Shown piece after piece: positions 31,350 through 46,815 of a DNA stretch of 64,000 nucleotides. Within the stretch, counting starts at the first letter, position 1. Every line of letters starts with the position of its first letter. The stretch is from assembly GCF_009914755.1 (NCBI RefSeq), contig NC_060927.1; one strand, given 5' to 3'. Source of the stretch: the human T2T-CHM13v2.0 reference genome, Homo sapiens. The notes beneath the pieces are model-generated. The model made no database searches, was not told the origin of the DNA, and saw only the letters and a list, made by a program, of their open reading frames with translations. The translations under genes were made by a program, and so were the position numbers.

Positions 31350-31749
31350 TGCTATGTCTTGAATATTTGTGCCTCTTCCAACATGTATGTTGAAACTGAA
31401 TCTCCAATGCAACAGTATTAAGGGGTAGAGCCTTGAATAAGTGATTTAGTCATGATGGCAGAGCCCTAACGAAGGGGATTAATAATCTCATAAGAAAAGT
31501 ACATGGGAACTGTTTGTCCTTTTTTCCCTTCTGCCTTCCACCATTTGAGGACACAGCATTGGTGACCTCATGATGACATAGCATCAAGGCACCATCTTGG
31601 AAGAGGAGAGAGCAACTTCCATGTGACACCAATGGCAAAACTTTAATCTTGGATTTCCCAGCCTCCAGAACTGTGAGAAATAAATGTCTGTTGTTTACAA
31701 ATTACTCGGTCTCAGGTATTTTTTTATTGCAGTAAAAGAGACTAAGATA
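31350..31749 (+). mobile_element. MST/MLT1A (MaLR) solo LTR
   Basis: TGCTATG..TGTTGAAAC..CCAGCCTCCAGAACTGTGAGAAATAAATG..GACTAAGATA; 5-bp TSD GGCAC/TGCAC. Confidence 0.85.
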
Positions 31750-33289
31750 TGCACAGAGACAGAATTTAGTAATCAAATGGAAGGGTTGCCTTAGATCAGA
31801 GAAAGTACAGTTTATCCATAGTAATAACAGGAGAAGAAGCGTGTAAGGATGCCATCATTGCTATGTTGACAGGGATTATGGTGTGCAAATGTAGAAGTTG
31901 TCTTCTAATTGTTTCTATTTTCTCAATGAAATAAGATTAAAATAAAAGTCATAAGCCAAGAATGAAAATGAGATGAGATGTTGCACAGTTCAGAGTAGAG
32001 AAGAACATGTAGGTAGTTACCTAGGAAAGTGGAAATTGAGAGAACTAAACCAATATGGCATTATTGCAGGCACCCTTAAGGGAATGCTCAATAAATTAAT
32101 ATTCATGAATTTAAAGTAGTACCATTCATCATGTTTGGGTGCTTTTGATATACAACTGCGTTGGCAGAGGTAATTGTCTGGTTTTAGACTGCTACAACTA
32201 TTCAGAAAAAGAAAATTTCAAGGATTACTTCTGGTAGAAAAAAAATGGCACACATTTTTCTTCAATCTCAACTTAAATATCCTTATTATCTATTTTCACT
32301 TCCGCCCCAATCAAATGAAGGTAAAGATAGACAAAAACTTGACATTTGAATATGACTCTATTGATTCCCAGGAAAGAAAGAGTCTATTAAATGTGGATTG
32401 CTATGTGCCTTTTCTCTTTGGGTGACCAATTGCATCCATAATATTAGGTTGGTGCAAATGGAAGATTGGAAGTGTTACCAGTTTTAGTAGGCAATTACAG
32501 TAGTGGGTAAAGACTTTCATTATATGAGTCATTCTTTCATTTTATCTTGACCTATATACTCTTCTCTGTTCCACATTCTGTCTCTCTTTAAACAGTGAAA
32601 GTATTCATAAGTTTTTCTTTTCAATTTTGTACCCTTGTTTTTGTGAAGTAGGAAAAAGGAATGTTGGTGGGAGTAGCTATTGCACTACTTTCTAGAACAT
32701 TTGTTATATAACTAACATGGCAATTTTCAATGGTCATGTTTTAAGGCTATTTTTCTACTTCTTTATTTGTTACTTGAGTGCTACAGATGTATGTTCATTC
32801 CTAGATTTTCCTTTCTTCACTTGTTCATTTTTTTGGGGGGGAGGACAAGCTGTGTTATTAGCTTGTTTAACTGTCATACAGAAATTCCTTAAGTTATCTG
32901 TTTAATAAATAAGACTATAGTTCTGTTCTTTTAAAATTAACACATTTGTCTGAATTTTTCTTGTTGAAATAGTATGTTCTCAATCTAATATATGACTTCA
33001 TATTACCATTTCTGAACATTGGAGCTGGATTTGCCCATCAAAAACCTCTTAGTAATTCCATTTTGTGTATGTGTTTTTAGCAAGGACTACTGGGATTGAT
33101 TAGAGTATCATATTTTCTTATTTTTTGATATACTTAAAATTCTTGTGTTTGTGTTTGTAGAAATAAAGTAGACGTACTATAAAAATACCTATTGCAAAAT
33201 TTCTTGAAATATCTGGAGAAAATATAACATTTTAAAAAGTCCATTGCTAAGCTTTGAAAATTAAAAGAAATCCGTAGAGGCTACTAAAG

Positions 33290-34620
<1,331 letters not shown>

Positions 34621-36150
34621 AAACTCTTCATAACGCTAATATTTTCCACCAACACTAGAGAGAAGAGAAAGTAAAACTGTCTTGATTTCCACTTACTATA
34701 TGAGTGATATGCAGATGCAATAATTTGGATCCCAGCTGTCATGAAGTTTATTTAATATTATAGAACTGTTTCTTCCTAATCTGTATGACAGTAATGATAA
34801 TGTATAATTGTCTATCACGTTAACACAAAAGTTAAATGAAATTGCTTTAAAGTTTCTGTCACATAAATGTTACACATATTTTAATCTCACATAAAAACAC
34901 ATCTGCCTGAAGACACAGACACTAAAATCTCTCTCAGTGACACTATTTTCATTATCTTTGTACCTCTGTCTGCTATTTCTAATCATACACTATTGGTTTA
35001 ATTTTCACAAAAGTACTAAACTCTCTTTCATGGAAAAAGTCTGGAAGATTTAAGAGCATAGGATACTTTTGTTTCACAATTGAAAAGCCTTTCACCCAAT
35101 ATCTTGTTATTTATTTGAAATTCATGATTAAAATATTCCTACTAAAATTAATCAAGTTCAGTGTTCTCATCTACTCCTATTTTTTAGACAATCAGGATAC
35201 TGAATTACCATAATTGGATGGGTTATACATGTCAGATGTTTTTTTCTTAAGTTAGTCATTTATCTGAAAAAACTTATCTATATTACAAAGATAAAAACGT
35301 GGTTCATTTATTTTTATTCATTCATAATATAGAGACATTAAACTTGTTTTTGGAAAATTAATGGAAGAAAGATAATTTAGATAGCAAAATGTTTGGACTA
35401 CAAAAAGATATGTAAAGTGTAACTCTTGGATATATGTAAGAAAAAAGCTTTGCGGCATCTATATCAACTGCTGATAATGAATATGACAAATGATTCTTTT
35501 TGTGATTATTTGATTATTTGTATCTTTTGCATATTTTGATATAAATGTATATAAATTTTGCAGAAAACATGCAACCAAGATATATTCAAATTATGGGAAA
35601 AATCTTATGAATTGAATAACAGAATAGGTTGTGTTCATAACCATCAAGTTAGACAAACATGTAATCAGTTCAATCATGTGTCTTATTTTCTCCAGAACTG
35701 GCTGATGTTTGATTCACTTAAATTGATTCACAATTTTTTTCCACTATCATCTAGGCAGTCTCTTAGAAGTACTTTTGAAAGAAACCTTCTGCCTATTAAA
35801 CCTAGTTTTTTTGTTTTTAAAAAGCAATTTTTTCAGAATTCATTTCTTGCTACAGGTGCTGCTTTATGAATATACCATTTGTCCATTGGGCATTCAAGTG
35901 GTTAATAGACTAAATCTGTCTAATTATAGAGGAAATCAAGATGTGTTGACAGCTCTGTTATTTTGGTGGAGTGACAACCCTGGGTGCCTGCCACATTCTG
36001 ACATTCAAGCTATACTTGTTAGTATCAGAAATTCTTTGTAGGTGGCTCACTGAAGAAAACAGTGGCGTGTATTTTGTCAGATTTGTCTGCTCAGCTGTGA
36101 CTTCAATTTTCCCTCACATTGCTCCAGATTCAAAGTCCAAAGAGTTAGCA

Positions 36151-36456
<306 letters not shown>

Positions 36457-38025
36457 AGAGTTAGCAACAGAATAATGCATTTTATTGCTACAAGGATCCT
36501 TTCCTCTCAGGGTTAGTATGGAATTGCTGAAAGGGCATCAGGGTGGGAAACAAGAAACCTGGGTTCTGGCCTTGGTCTACTTTAACAGATAAGTATGACA
36601 GATGCAATAGCTGAAACCCTATCTCTATAACTTGATAGGGATTTACTTTCTCATTAAATAATTAGATTAAATCTTCTCCAAGCTCCAATTTGGATCTAAA
36701 TTTCTGCTATTTTATTTTTAATTCATGTATGGATTTTGGAGGAGAACAGTTTACTAAGTCTTTAGGATATTTACATTTATCTTAAGACAATAACTTTCGT
36801 ATATTTGCAAGGCTAGTTTTCATGACACATTTCCTCTCTTAATTCCTGTTTCATTTTAAATATCATCAGAAATAATTTCTCACACAAAAGACTTTGGATA
36901 CTTTTATAAATATTGTTTATAAAAAGCTTTTCATCATTTAGTAGGTATGGCTACAAAGAATTATATATCTATATCATATATCAGATTTATATCTCTATAT
37001 CATTATCTATGATCTATATCTATTTATCAATATACACACATATTGTTATAAAAAACCTGTGTGAACTTTTCTCCTATATTTCAACAACCTCTGTCTGATA
37101 GACTGAAAACTTCATTTTGTGAATAGTGAATAATATTCTTGCTTCATTAATCAAACTTGGGAAAATTTATGAAATATATTTTCATATGCTTCTCAGATTC
37201 CTTATTTATTTCATGAAATTTGGAATAATTAAGAAAATTACAGCTAATTTTGCTAAAATAAAATATGATGAAAGATTTATATAAAGTGTTTTCATATGGA
37301 ACACACATGATTCACTTATTGTAAATAAAATCAAATTCCTAGAAATGTTTGAACATTTTGAAAAATAATTTTATATTTGATATTACATTTTAAAATTTTA
37401 AAACATTAACAATGTATGTTTAGCTCTAAAATATGTATATTGGTTTATTTCTATAGAGCTTGTCAAAATTGGCAAAAAAAAAAAGAGAATTAACTCATTA
37501 ACTTTGGTAGGCAATCTTGAATGTGTGGCAAATATTTTAATTCATTAAATCAATAATCCAGAAGAAAATTAGAAATAATTTAGTACCTCTATAAGCATCC
37601 AAGTAGAAATCACTTAATGACTCCAGTTAAATTAATGTCTTTTTTTTTTTAAGGTAAAATAAAAACTTTCATTTTTCTCATTTTTAATTGGTGTGACAGT
37701 AGGCAGTTTGTTCAAAATAGTAATAGCAACAATGTGCTTACGTGCAAATGAAAGGAATGACAGCAATGATACAAGAGATGGGAGGGAGGAATTAGAAATG
37801 TTTTGTAATTATAAGATACTTGCACTCCTCACAGAGCAGTATAGTGTTACAAGGATACCAGGGGGCTCTTGTGGGTTTGGCTCCAGACCACTGCAATAAA
37901 GCAAATATTGCAATAAATTGAGTCATGTGAGTTTTTTGTTTCCCAGTGCATATAAAAGCTATATTTACCCTATACTGTAGTCCATTAAGTGTGCAGTTAC
38001 ATTATGTCATAAAAAATGATGTACC

Positions 38026-38438
<413 letters not shown>

Positions 38439-38688
38439 ATGTACCTACCTTAATTTAAAAATACTTTAATGCTAGAAAATGCTAACGATCATCAGCCTTC
38501 AGCAAATTATAATCTTTTTTTCTGGCGGAGGGTCTTGCCTCATTGTTGGTTGCTAAAGTAATGTCTTAAAAATATTCTCCCACTAATCACTCTTTATCAT
38601 GTCTAAAATGTGAAAATTTGACAAATGTGTGGTAGTCAGATGCTTTAAAGATAAAATTCAAATTCAGGTCACTCTTATCTCACTATAA

Positions 38689-39043
<355 letters not shown>

Positions 39044-39341
39044 TAGAAAATTTTTTATTAATTAGTTTCTCCTTTTATTTTCATGCGTCAGCTTGTGTTA
39101 CTTGAGCTATTTTTTTTTTTTTATCTTTCATGCATCACCATACTACTTTTACTCACTGTAAACAAGAGGCACATCTACTCCAAATGGTCAGAATAACAGC
39201 CATAATAAAAATAATGCCACAAGCTACCATGCTTGTTTAGGAAATTTTGTACTTTTTTAAAAGGATAATATATGTTTGAATTGTTGGTGAATCCCTTTAT
39301 CATACGTTGATTTTTTTTCAAAACAAAAACCTCCCTTTAGA

Positions 39342-39789
39342 TGTGTGGTAGATTTTAGCACTGGACCAAAATCTCCACTAACCCCCATGCCCTTGACCTT
39401 TGCCTTGTGAATTTGTCTTGATCTTCTTTTTGCTCTTATATATAATTCTCAGTCCCTGGGGTCAGCCGTATTTTGCCCAGTGAGAGTGTTGAAAAGGATT
39501 TATGCGATAGGATTTTGTCTCTTTTGTCCTTTTATCATTACAAAGGGAATAGCATACTTAAGTTAGTCTTCTGGTCTTAGAAGGGTAAGAGATAATGTAA
39601 AGTAAAGTAGAAATGTCCTAGACTAGAATGAGTCAGATGCCTCTCTGACGCAAGAACGGCCTTGGTTGAGATCAGATAACTTCTAGCAGAAACCTAGACT
39701 TGTGAGTAATCAGCACATATTGTAGTATGTCACTGAGGTGTGTGGTTGTTTATTTTGCAATAGTTTGTGGTGACAGCAAACTGATACAA
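39342..39789 (+). mobile_element. Old MLT1 (H/I-like) solo LTR
   Basis: TGTGGTAGA start, CCCATGCCCTT, ends CACTGAGGTGTGTGGTTGTTT..AACTGATACA. Confidence 0.6.
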
Positions 39790-41676
39790 GAGCTTTTCAA
39801 AATCATCAGCTGTATCAACAATAATTATAGCAAGAATGGCTGTCTCAAAGATACTTTTTCATCAGAAGAATCAATGCCCCAGTATTGTGGCAAATCAATT
39901 GTGAAAGCATTATTTCACATGTAAAAATTTTGTGATGAAATTCTGAATTTGTCCATAGTACTAGATTTTAGATCTGTGCTGTGCAACATGTTTCTGTCAA
40001 ATTATTTTGTCTTCTTCAATTTTTGTCACTTTTGTTGTTAACTAAAAAAAATTTCAAGGTGACATAATTTTTAAAATCACTGAGGGACTTTTTGTTTAAA
40101 ATTTGAACCAAATTATTTTTTCAATAATAGGCATTTGGAATTTATTTTGAATAATTGAGTAGAATAATATTCAGATCAAAAATACATTTAATATTAAATC
40201 AAAAATTCTCCTTTTTCTGTATTTTCATTTCACATTTTTAGTATAATACTTAACATATAAATATAGGTAGACAGATAGATAGATATAGATAGGTAAACAG
40301 ATTTTTTCAACATGCTTATCTCTCTCTAAGGGAGCAAAATATGTATTTCTCATTCTAAGACACTAATAAAGGTGTCAACAGATATTTAGTTTTAGAATTC
40401 ATCAGATGAATTCAGTAGTTTGTGAAAGGTTGCACGGGAAGGCAAACATGATAAAAACAGTAGTTGCTAGTTTGAATTACACTTTTGGAAGTGTAAAAAT
40501 ATATTTACTTTGACAACTATTTCTCATTCTGAATACGTATTTCTCTTCCGAATGTGAGGGTAGAATTTCAGCTCTAAGTATTATAACCAGTAAATGTTAA
40601 GATTTTAAATTTCAAATGTTCTTTTTGCAGTTAATACTGAGCATTTGATAGTACTTTCAAAATTTATTCTAAAACTTGAATTTCATGTGACTGTAAGTGG
40701 TCTTTGGCAAAACAATATGAATTCTATTTGAGAAATTTCATAAAAAAAAATTGTATCGATGGTGAATTATCCTGTAAGAAAGACTTTTGCTTTCAATCTT
40801 AGTTAAATTTTAAAAGAAAATACCCTGTGTTTTTAAAAATTATAATATCACCTTGAATTTTTTTTTTTTTAGTTAACAACAAAAGTGAGAAGCTGGCTAT
40901 ATTGCTGGAAAGGACAAAAAATGCAAATAGTGATATTTCTCCTTAAAACTTGTAAACTCCTCTTAAGCATTTAAAATAAAATGTATATGATTGTGTAGGC
41001 TTCTTTCCATAGGTGCATTTTAAAATCAGTATTTTGAATGAATAGTATTAAAAACTAAATTTATTGACTTTTCTGTATTTACTTCTCTCTCTCTTTTTCA
41101 TCCAGCAAGTGATGCTAATTCAAACAGTTGCCAAAGAGAAGAATTGGGAATATTTTAATTTTTTCTATATATTCATCAGTGCTATTATTCTCTCCTTAAA
41201 TAGCTCTTAAATTCATGCATTCCCCCGATTTGTTTTTAGTGCAGATCTACTGTTATCTCTTGTTTGCATTTTATACAACAGTCTCCTAAAAAGTTTGTCC
41301 TTTCCTCACTGCAATTCAAAATTTTTTCTAAAATATAAAACTATTCAGGTCAGATTTTCTTACTTTCTTTTTAATGAACTCCTAAGGCTAAGTTTGATAT
41401 CCATAGTGTCCCCAGAACACCCTGAATAAAAGCAACATAGCATATGTCATATGGTATTTTGGTCTTAATTTGCATATTTCTTGATTTAATCCTAATTAAA
41501 TTGGAAGCAAATTGATGGGAGGTCGAATGTATTATTCACCATTCCAATTCCAGTTCTGAAAACAGTGCCTGGAAAATAGCATATGATCATTAAACATTTA
41601 TTGATTGAACCAAGCATTCATATTGTTTTGGCTTCCCAATTTTTGTTTTTTTATTTAAAAATTAAAATCACATTGG

Positions 41677-44600
41677 ATTATATATATCATATATAATATA
41701 TTGTATATAATATATAATATATTGTATACAATATATATCGTATATAATATATAATATATTGTATATAATATATAATATATTGTATATAATATATTATATA
41801 TTGTATATAATATATTGTATACAATATATTATATGATACATTATATAATATATTATATATAATATTGATAATATATATTTATTATATATTAATAATGTAT
41901 ATTTATAATATACTAATATATAATGAATATATATTATTTATTTATAATTATCTATTTATAATAATATATAATTTAAAATTATATCTATAATATAATATAT
42001 ATAATTTAAAATTATATCTTTATAATATAATATATATAATTTATCATATATGTAGAATACAATATATATAATTTATAATTATATATTTATAATATAATCT
42101 ATATAATTTATCATATTGTATGTATGTAGAATACAATATATATAATTTATAATCATATATTTATAATATAATCTATACAATTCATCGTATTATATGTAGA
42201 ATACAATATATATACTTTATAATCATATATTTATAATATAATCTATACAATTTATCATATATGTAGAATACTATCTATAATTTATAATCATATATTCATA
42301 ATATAAACTATACAATTTATCATATTATATGTAGAATACAATATATATACTTTATAATCATATATTCATAATATAATCTATACAATTTATCATATTATTT
42401 GTAGAATACTATATATACTTTATAATCATATATTTATAATATAATCTACACAATTTATCATATTATATGTAGAATACAATATATATACTTTATAATCATA
42501 TATTCATAATATAATATATACAATTTATCATATTATATGTAGAATACTATATATACTTTACAATTATATATTCATAATATAATCTATACAATTTATCATA
42601 TTATATGTAGAATATAATATATATACTTTATAATCATATATTCATAATATAATCTATACAATTTATCATATTATATGTAGAATACAATATATACACTTTA
42701 TAATCATATATTCATAATATAATCTATACAATTTATCATATTATATGTACAATACAATATATATACTTCTTAATCATATATTCATAATATAATCTATACA
42801 ATTTATCATATTATTTGTACAATACAATATATATACTTCTTAATCATATATTCATAATGTAATCTATACAATTTATCATATTTCATGTAGAATACAATAT
42901 ATAAACTTTATAATCACATATTCATAATATAATCTATACAATTTATCATATTATGTGTAGAATACAACATATATACTTTATAATCACATATTCATAATAT
43001 AATCTATACAATTTATATTACATGGAATACAATATATATATTTTATAATCACATATTCATAATATAATCTATACAATTTATCATATTATATGTAGAATAC
43101 AATATATATACTTTATAATCACATATTCATAATATAATCTATACAATTTATTATATTATATGTAGAATACAATATATATACTTTATAATCACATATTCAT
43201 AATATAATCTATACAATTTATCATATTATATGTAGAATACATATATATATTTTATAATCCATATTCATAATATAATCTATACAATTTATCATATTATATG
43301 TAGAATACAATATATACAATTTATAATCATATATTTATAATATAATCTATACAATTTATCATATTTTGTGTAGAATACTATATACAATTTATAATCATAT
43401 ATTTATACTATAATCTATACAATTTATCATATTATATTTATAATACTATATATAATTGATAATCATATATTTATAATATTATATATAATTTTATATTATA
43501 TATTTATAATACTATATATAATTTATAATTATATATTTATAATCTAATATATAATTATATATTACATATTTATAATATTAATATTTATAATATAATATAT
43601 AATTATATGTTACATATTCATAATATAATATACAATTTTAAATTACATATTCATAATATAATATATATAATTATATATTACATATTCATAATATTATATA
43701 TAATTATATATTACATATTCATAATACAATATACAATTATATATTACATATTCATAATACAATATATATAATTATATATTACATATTCATAATACAATAT
43801 ATATAATAATATATATTACATATTCATAATACAATATATATAATTTTATATTACATATTTATAATACTATATATAATTTTATATTACAAATTTATAATAC
43901 TATATATATAATTTTATATTACATATTTATAATACTATATATAATTTTATATTACATATTTATAATACATATATAATTTTATATTACATATTTATAATAT
44001 AATATATATAATTTTATATTACATATTTATAATATAATATATATAATTTTATATTACATATTTATATTACAATATATATAATTTTATATTACATATTTAT
44101 AATATAATATATAATTTTATATTACATATTTATAATATAATATATACAATTTTATATTACATATTCATAATATAATATATATAATTTTATATTACATATT
44201 TATAATATAATATATATAATTTTATATTACATATTTGTAACATAATATGTATAAATTTATATTATATATTTTAATATAATATATAATTTATAATTATATA
44301 TTATAAGATAATATATAATTTTATAATTATATATTATAAGATAATATATAATTTTATATTATATATTATAATATAATATTCATAATTTATAATTGTATAT
44401 TTATAATATAATATATATAATTTATAATTGTATATGTATAATATAATATATATAATTTATAATTATATATTTATAATATAATATATATAATTTATAATTA
44501 TATATTTATAATATAATATATGTAATTTATAATTTTATATTTATAATATAGTATATGTAATTTATAATTTTATATTTATAAAATAGTATATATAATTTAT

Positions 44601-44882
44601 AATTTTATATTATATAGTTGTAAGATACTATATATAATTTATAATTATATATTATATATGTATAATATACTATATGTTATATATGTATAATATACTATAT
44701 GTTATATATGTATAATATACTATGTTATATATGTATAATGTACTGTATGTTATATATGTATAATGTACTGTATGTTATATATGTATAATGTACTGTATGT
44801 TATATATGTATAATGTACTGTATGTTATATATGTATAATATACTGTATGTTATATATGTATAATATACTGTATGTTATATAT
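41677..44882. repeat. ~3.2-kb AT-rich compound minisatellite (~20-, 70-, 35-37- and 25-bp units)
   Basis: ATTTATCATA recurs at 42591, 42661, 42731, 42801, 42871, 42941 (period 70); ~35-bp ATATATAATTTTATATTACATATTTATAATATAAT units ~43560-44270; 25-bp TATATATGTATAATGTACTGTATGT units ~44660-44882. Confidence 0.97.
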
Positions 44883-45879
44883 GGTTAAAAACACAACAAA
44901 ACACGACAGGTAAAATCAATGAATATTTTATGATGCAAAATAATATTTTTTGTCTTATCTCTCTTCTTTCAGGCAGTTACCTTTACCAGCTTTCTGTTTT
45001 GAGTACATCTTATGATTACCTCAATTTTCTAAATACTATGCCAAGACACTTTTTCATTATTCATCAATTATGTACACTTTTTTCTGTGCTCCCATTATGA
45101 TGGATGAAATCCTAGCTTACTCAAACAATGTGATGCCTCTTCTTCCTGTTATCTCTTGACATATTTATATCAGTATTTTCAGAGACTCTATTTGTCACTC
45201 CAGCTTTCAAACAAATCAGTATTATATATTAATTTTTTAATCAACCATATAAATATCTTTATTTTTTCTTTTTAATGATTATAAAATATTCCTCCTTCCC
45301 TCTCTTTTCCATCTCCTTTTAATATTCCATCTCTGTTCATTGATTTACTTTTATATTTTTAAGGTGAATACAATCCATAATTTTTTCTATAACTATGTTT
45401 TGTGGTTTTCTTTTCCAGTCATTGTACAATGATCCTTTAATCACGTTCTGATGTGCTCTATTTTTTATTCTGCCATTACAGTATTTTCATTTTCTTCATA
45501 GGCACTTTACTATGTGAATATTTGAATTGTCCTCTCCCAGATCCAGAGATCCCCTCTTCAATCTCCTCTTGAAGGCTCTGTCATCTTGTCAAATTTGTTA
45601 TTATCATTTTACGGACCTGCTGATCTTTGATCCTGAAATATACACTTTTCTTAATAGCACATCTTTCTCTACAGTAACTTTGATAGAATGAATCTTTAAA
45701 TAATTTCTAAGAAATGTACATGAAAATAATAGTTCTGAATACTAGAAATTTCTTTATTCCTGAAATGCTTTTGTTTTTCCCTTCCACTTGAATTATATTT
45801 TAGGTAGATACATTATTCTACATTGAAAATAATTTGTCTCTCAGAAATTAGGTCCTTTTTCTTTTCTCCCCCAATTTTT

Positions 45880-46156
45880 CTAATACATAATACAAACAAA
45901 AATTTTATGTATTCATAGTGTATAGAATATGTTTGTATGTATGTAGACATTATGGAATGGCTAAATCAAGCGAATTAAAGTATCTGTCACCTCACATACT
46001 ATCATTTTTTGTGGTGAGAACATTTAAGCTTTACTGTCTTAGCAATTTTCAAGTGTGCAACACATTATTGTTTACTATAGTCACCATACTGTACAATGGA
46101 TCTCCAGAATGTATTTATCCTAAATGAAACAGTGTACCCTTTAACAAATATCTCCT
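45880..46156 (-). mobile_element. L1MA 3'-end fragment
   Basis: ATGGCTAAATCAAGC..TTTTGTGGTGAGAACATTTAAG..CTTAGCAATTTTCAAG..ACTATAGTCACCATACTGTACAAT. Confidence 0.75.
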
Positions 46157-46328
46157 TGTAGGCCTTCTTTCTGTTTATTGTACCAAAGAATTTTGTACAT
46201 GGGTGTTAAGATGCTAGACAGATTTCTGTTCTTTTGTAAAATATTTGTGTACTCATTTCCCTGCTTGCCCTATTCTTACATTCTTTCTAAAAGCTCTAGA
46301 ATTTAATTTTAATCGAGGTGATCTAGAA

Positions 46329-46815
46329 CAGTGCTAACCCATATGATGGCCACTAGACATTTATTGGTATTGAGTACGTGAAGTTTGTCTAATGCAACTG
46401 ATGCAAATGTCTTTACATTTTATTTTAAATAGTTTAAATTTGTATTGGATAGTTTAACTAGTTATTAAAAACTTTAAAAAATATTTAGAAAAACTTGTTC
46501 ATGTAAATCTATTTTTTTGAGCTGTAGATTTTATAAAATCTAAATATAGATTAAATACTTTGTACAAAAATTTAGCATCCAAATGAAATGTGTTATAACA
46601 ATAAATAGTGAATTTTGAAGACTTATACAAAAATGAGCTCCAAATATCTCAATAATTCAGCATTGATTAAAAGCGAAGTTATGATATTTTGGGTATAGCT
46701 GGCTTCAACAACGTATCAATAAATTTATTTTTAACCTATTTCTTTTGCTTTTCAGAAGTGACTATTGAAAAATTTAAAATTACATATGCAGCTCAAATTG
46801 TATTTCTATTTGGCC
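46329..46815 (+). mobile_element. MER33/Charlie-type hAT DNA transposon
   Basis: GGCCACTAG..TTGAGTACGTGAA..AATGCAACTGA; AAAATTTAAAATTACATATG..TATTTCTATT. Confidence 0.6.

Noticed and set aside
32441-32460. MADE1/mariner TIR-like TTAGGTTGGTGCAAA
   Set aside because: Only ~15 bp match with no convincing second TIR
41677-44882. CRISPR-like regular periodicity
   Set aside because: No unique spacers; it is an AT-rich minisatellite in a primate genome
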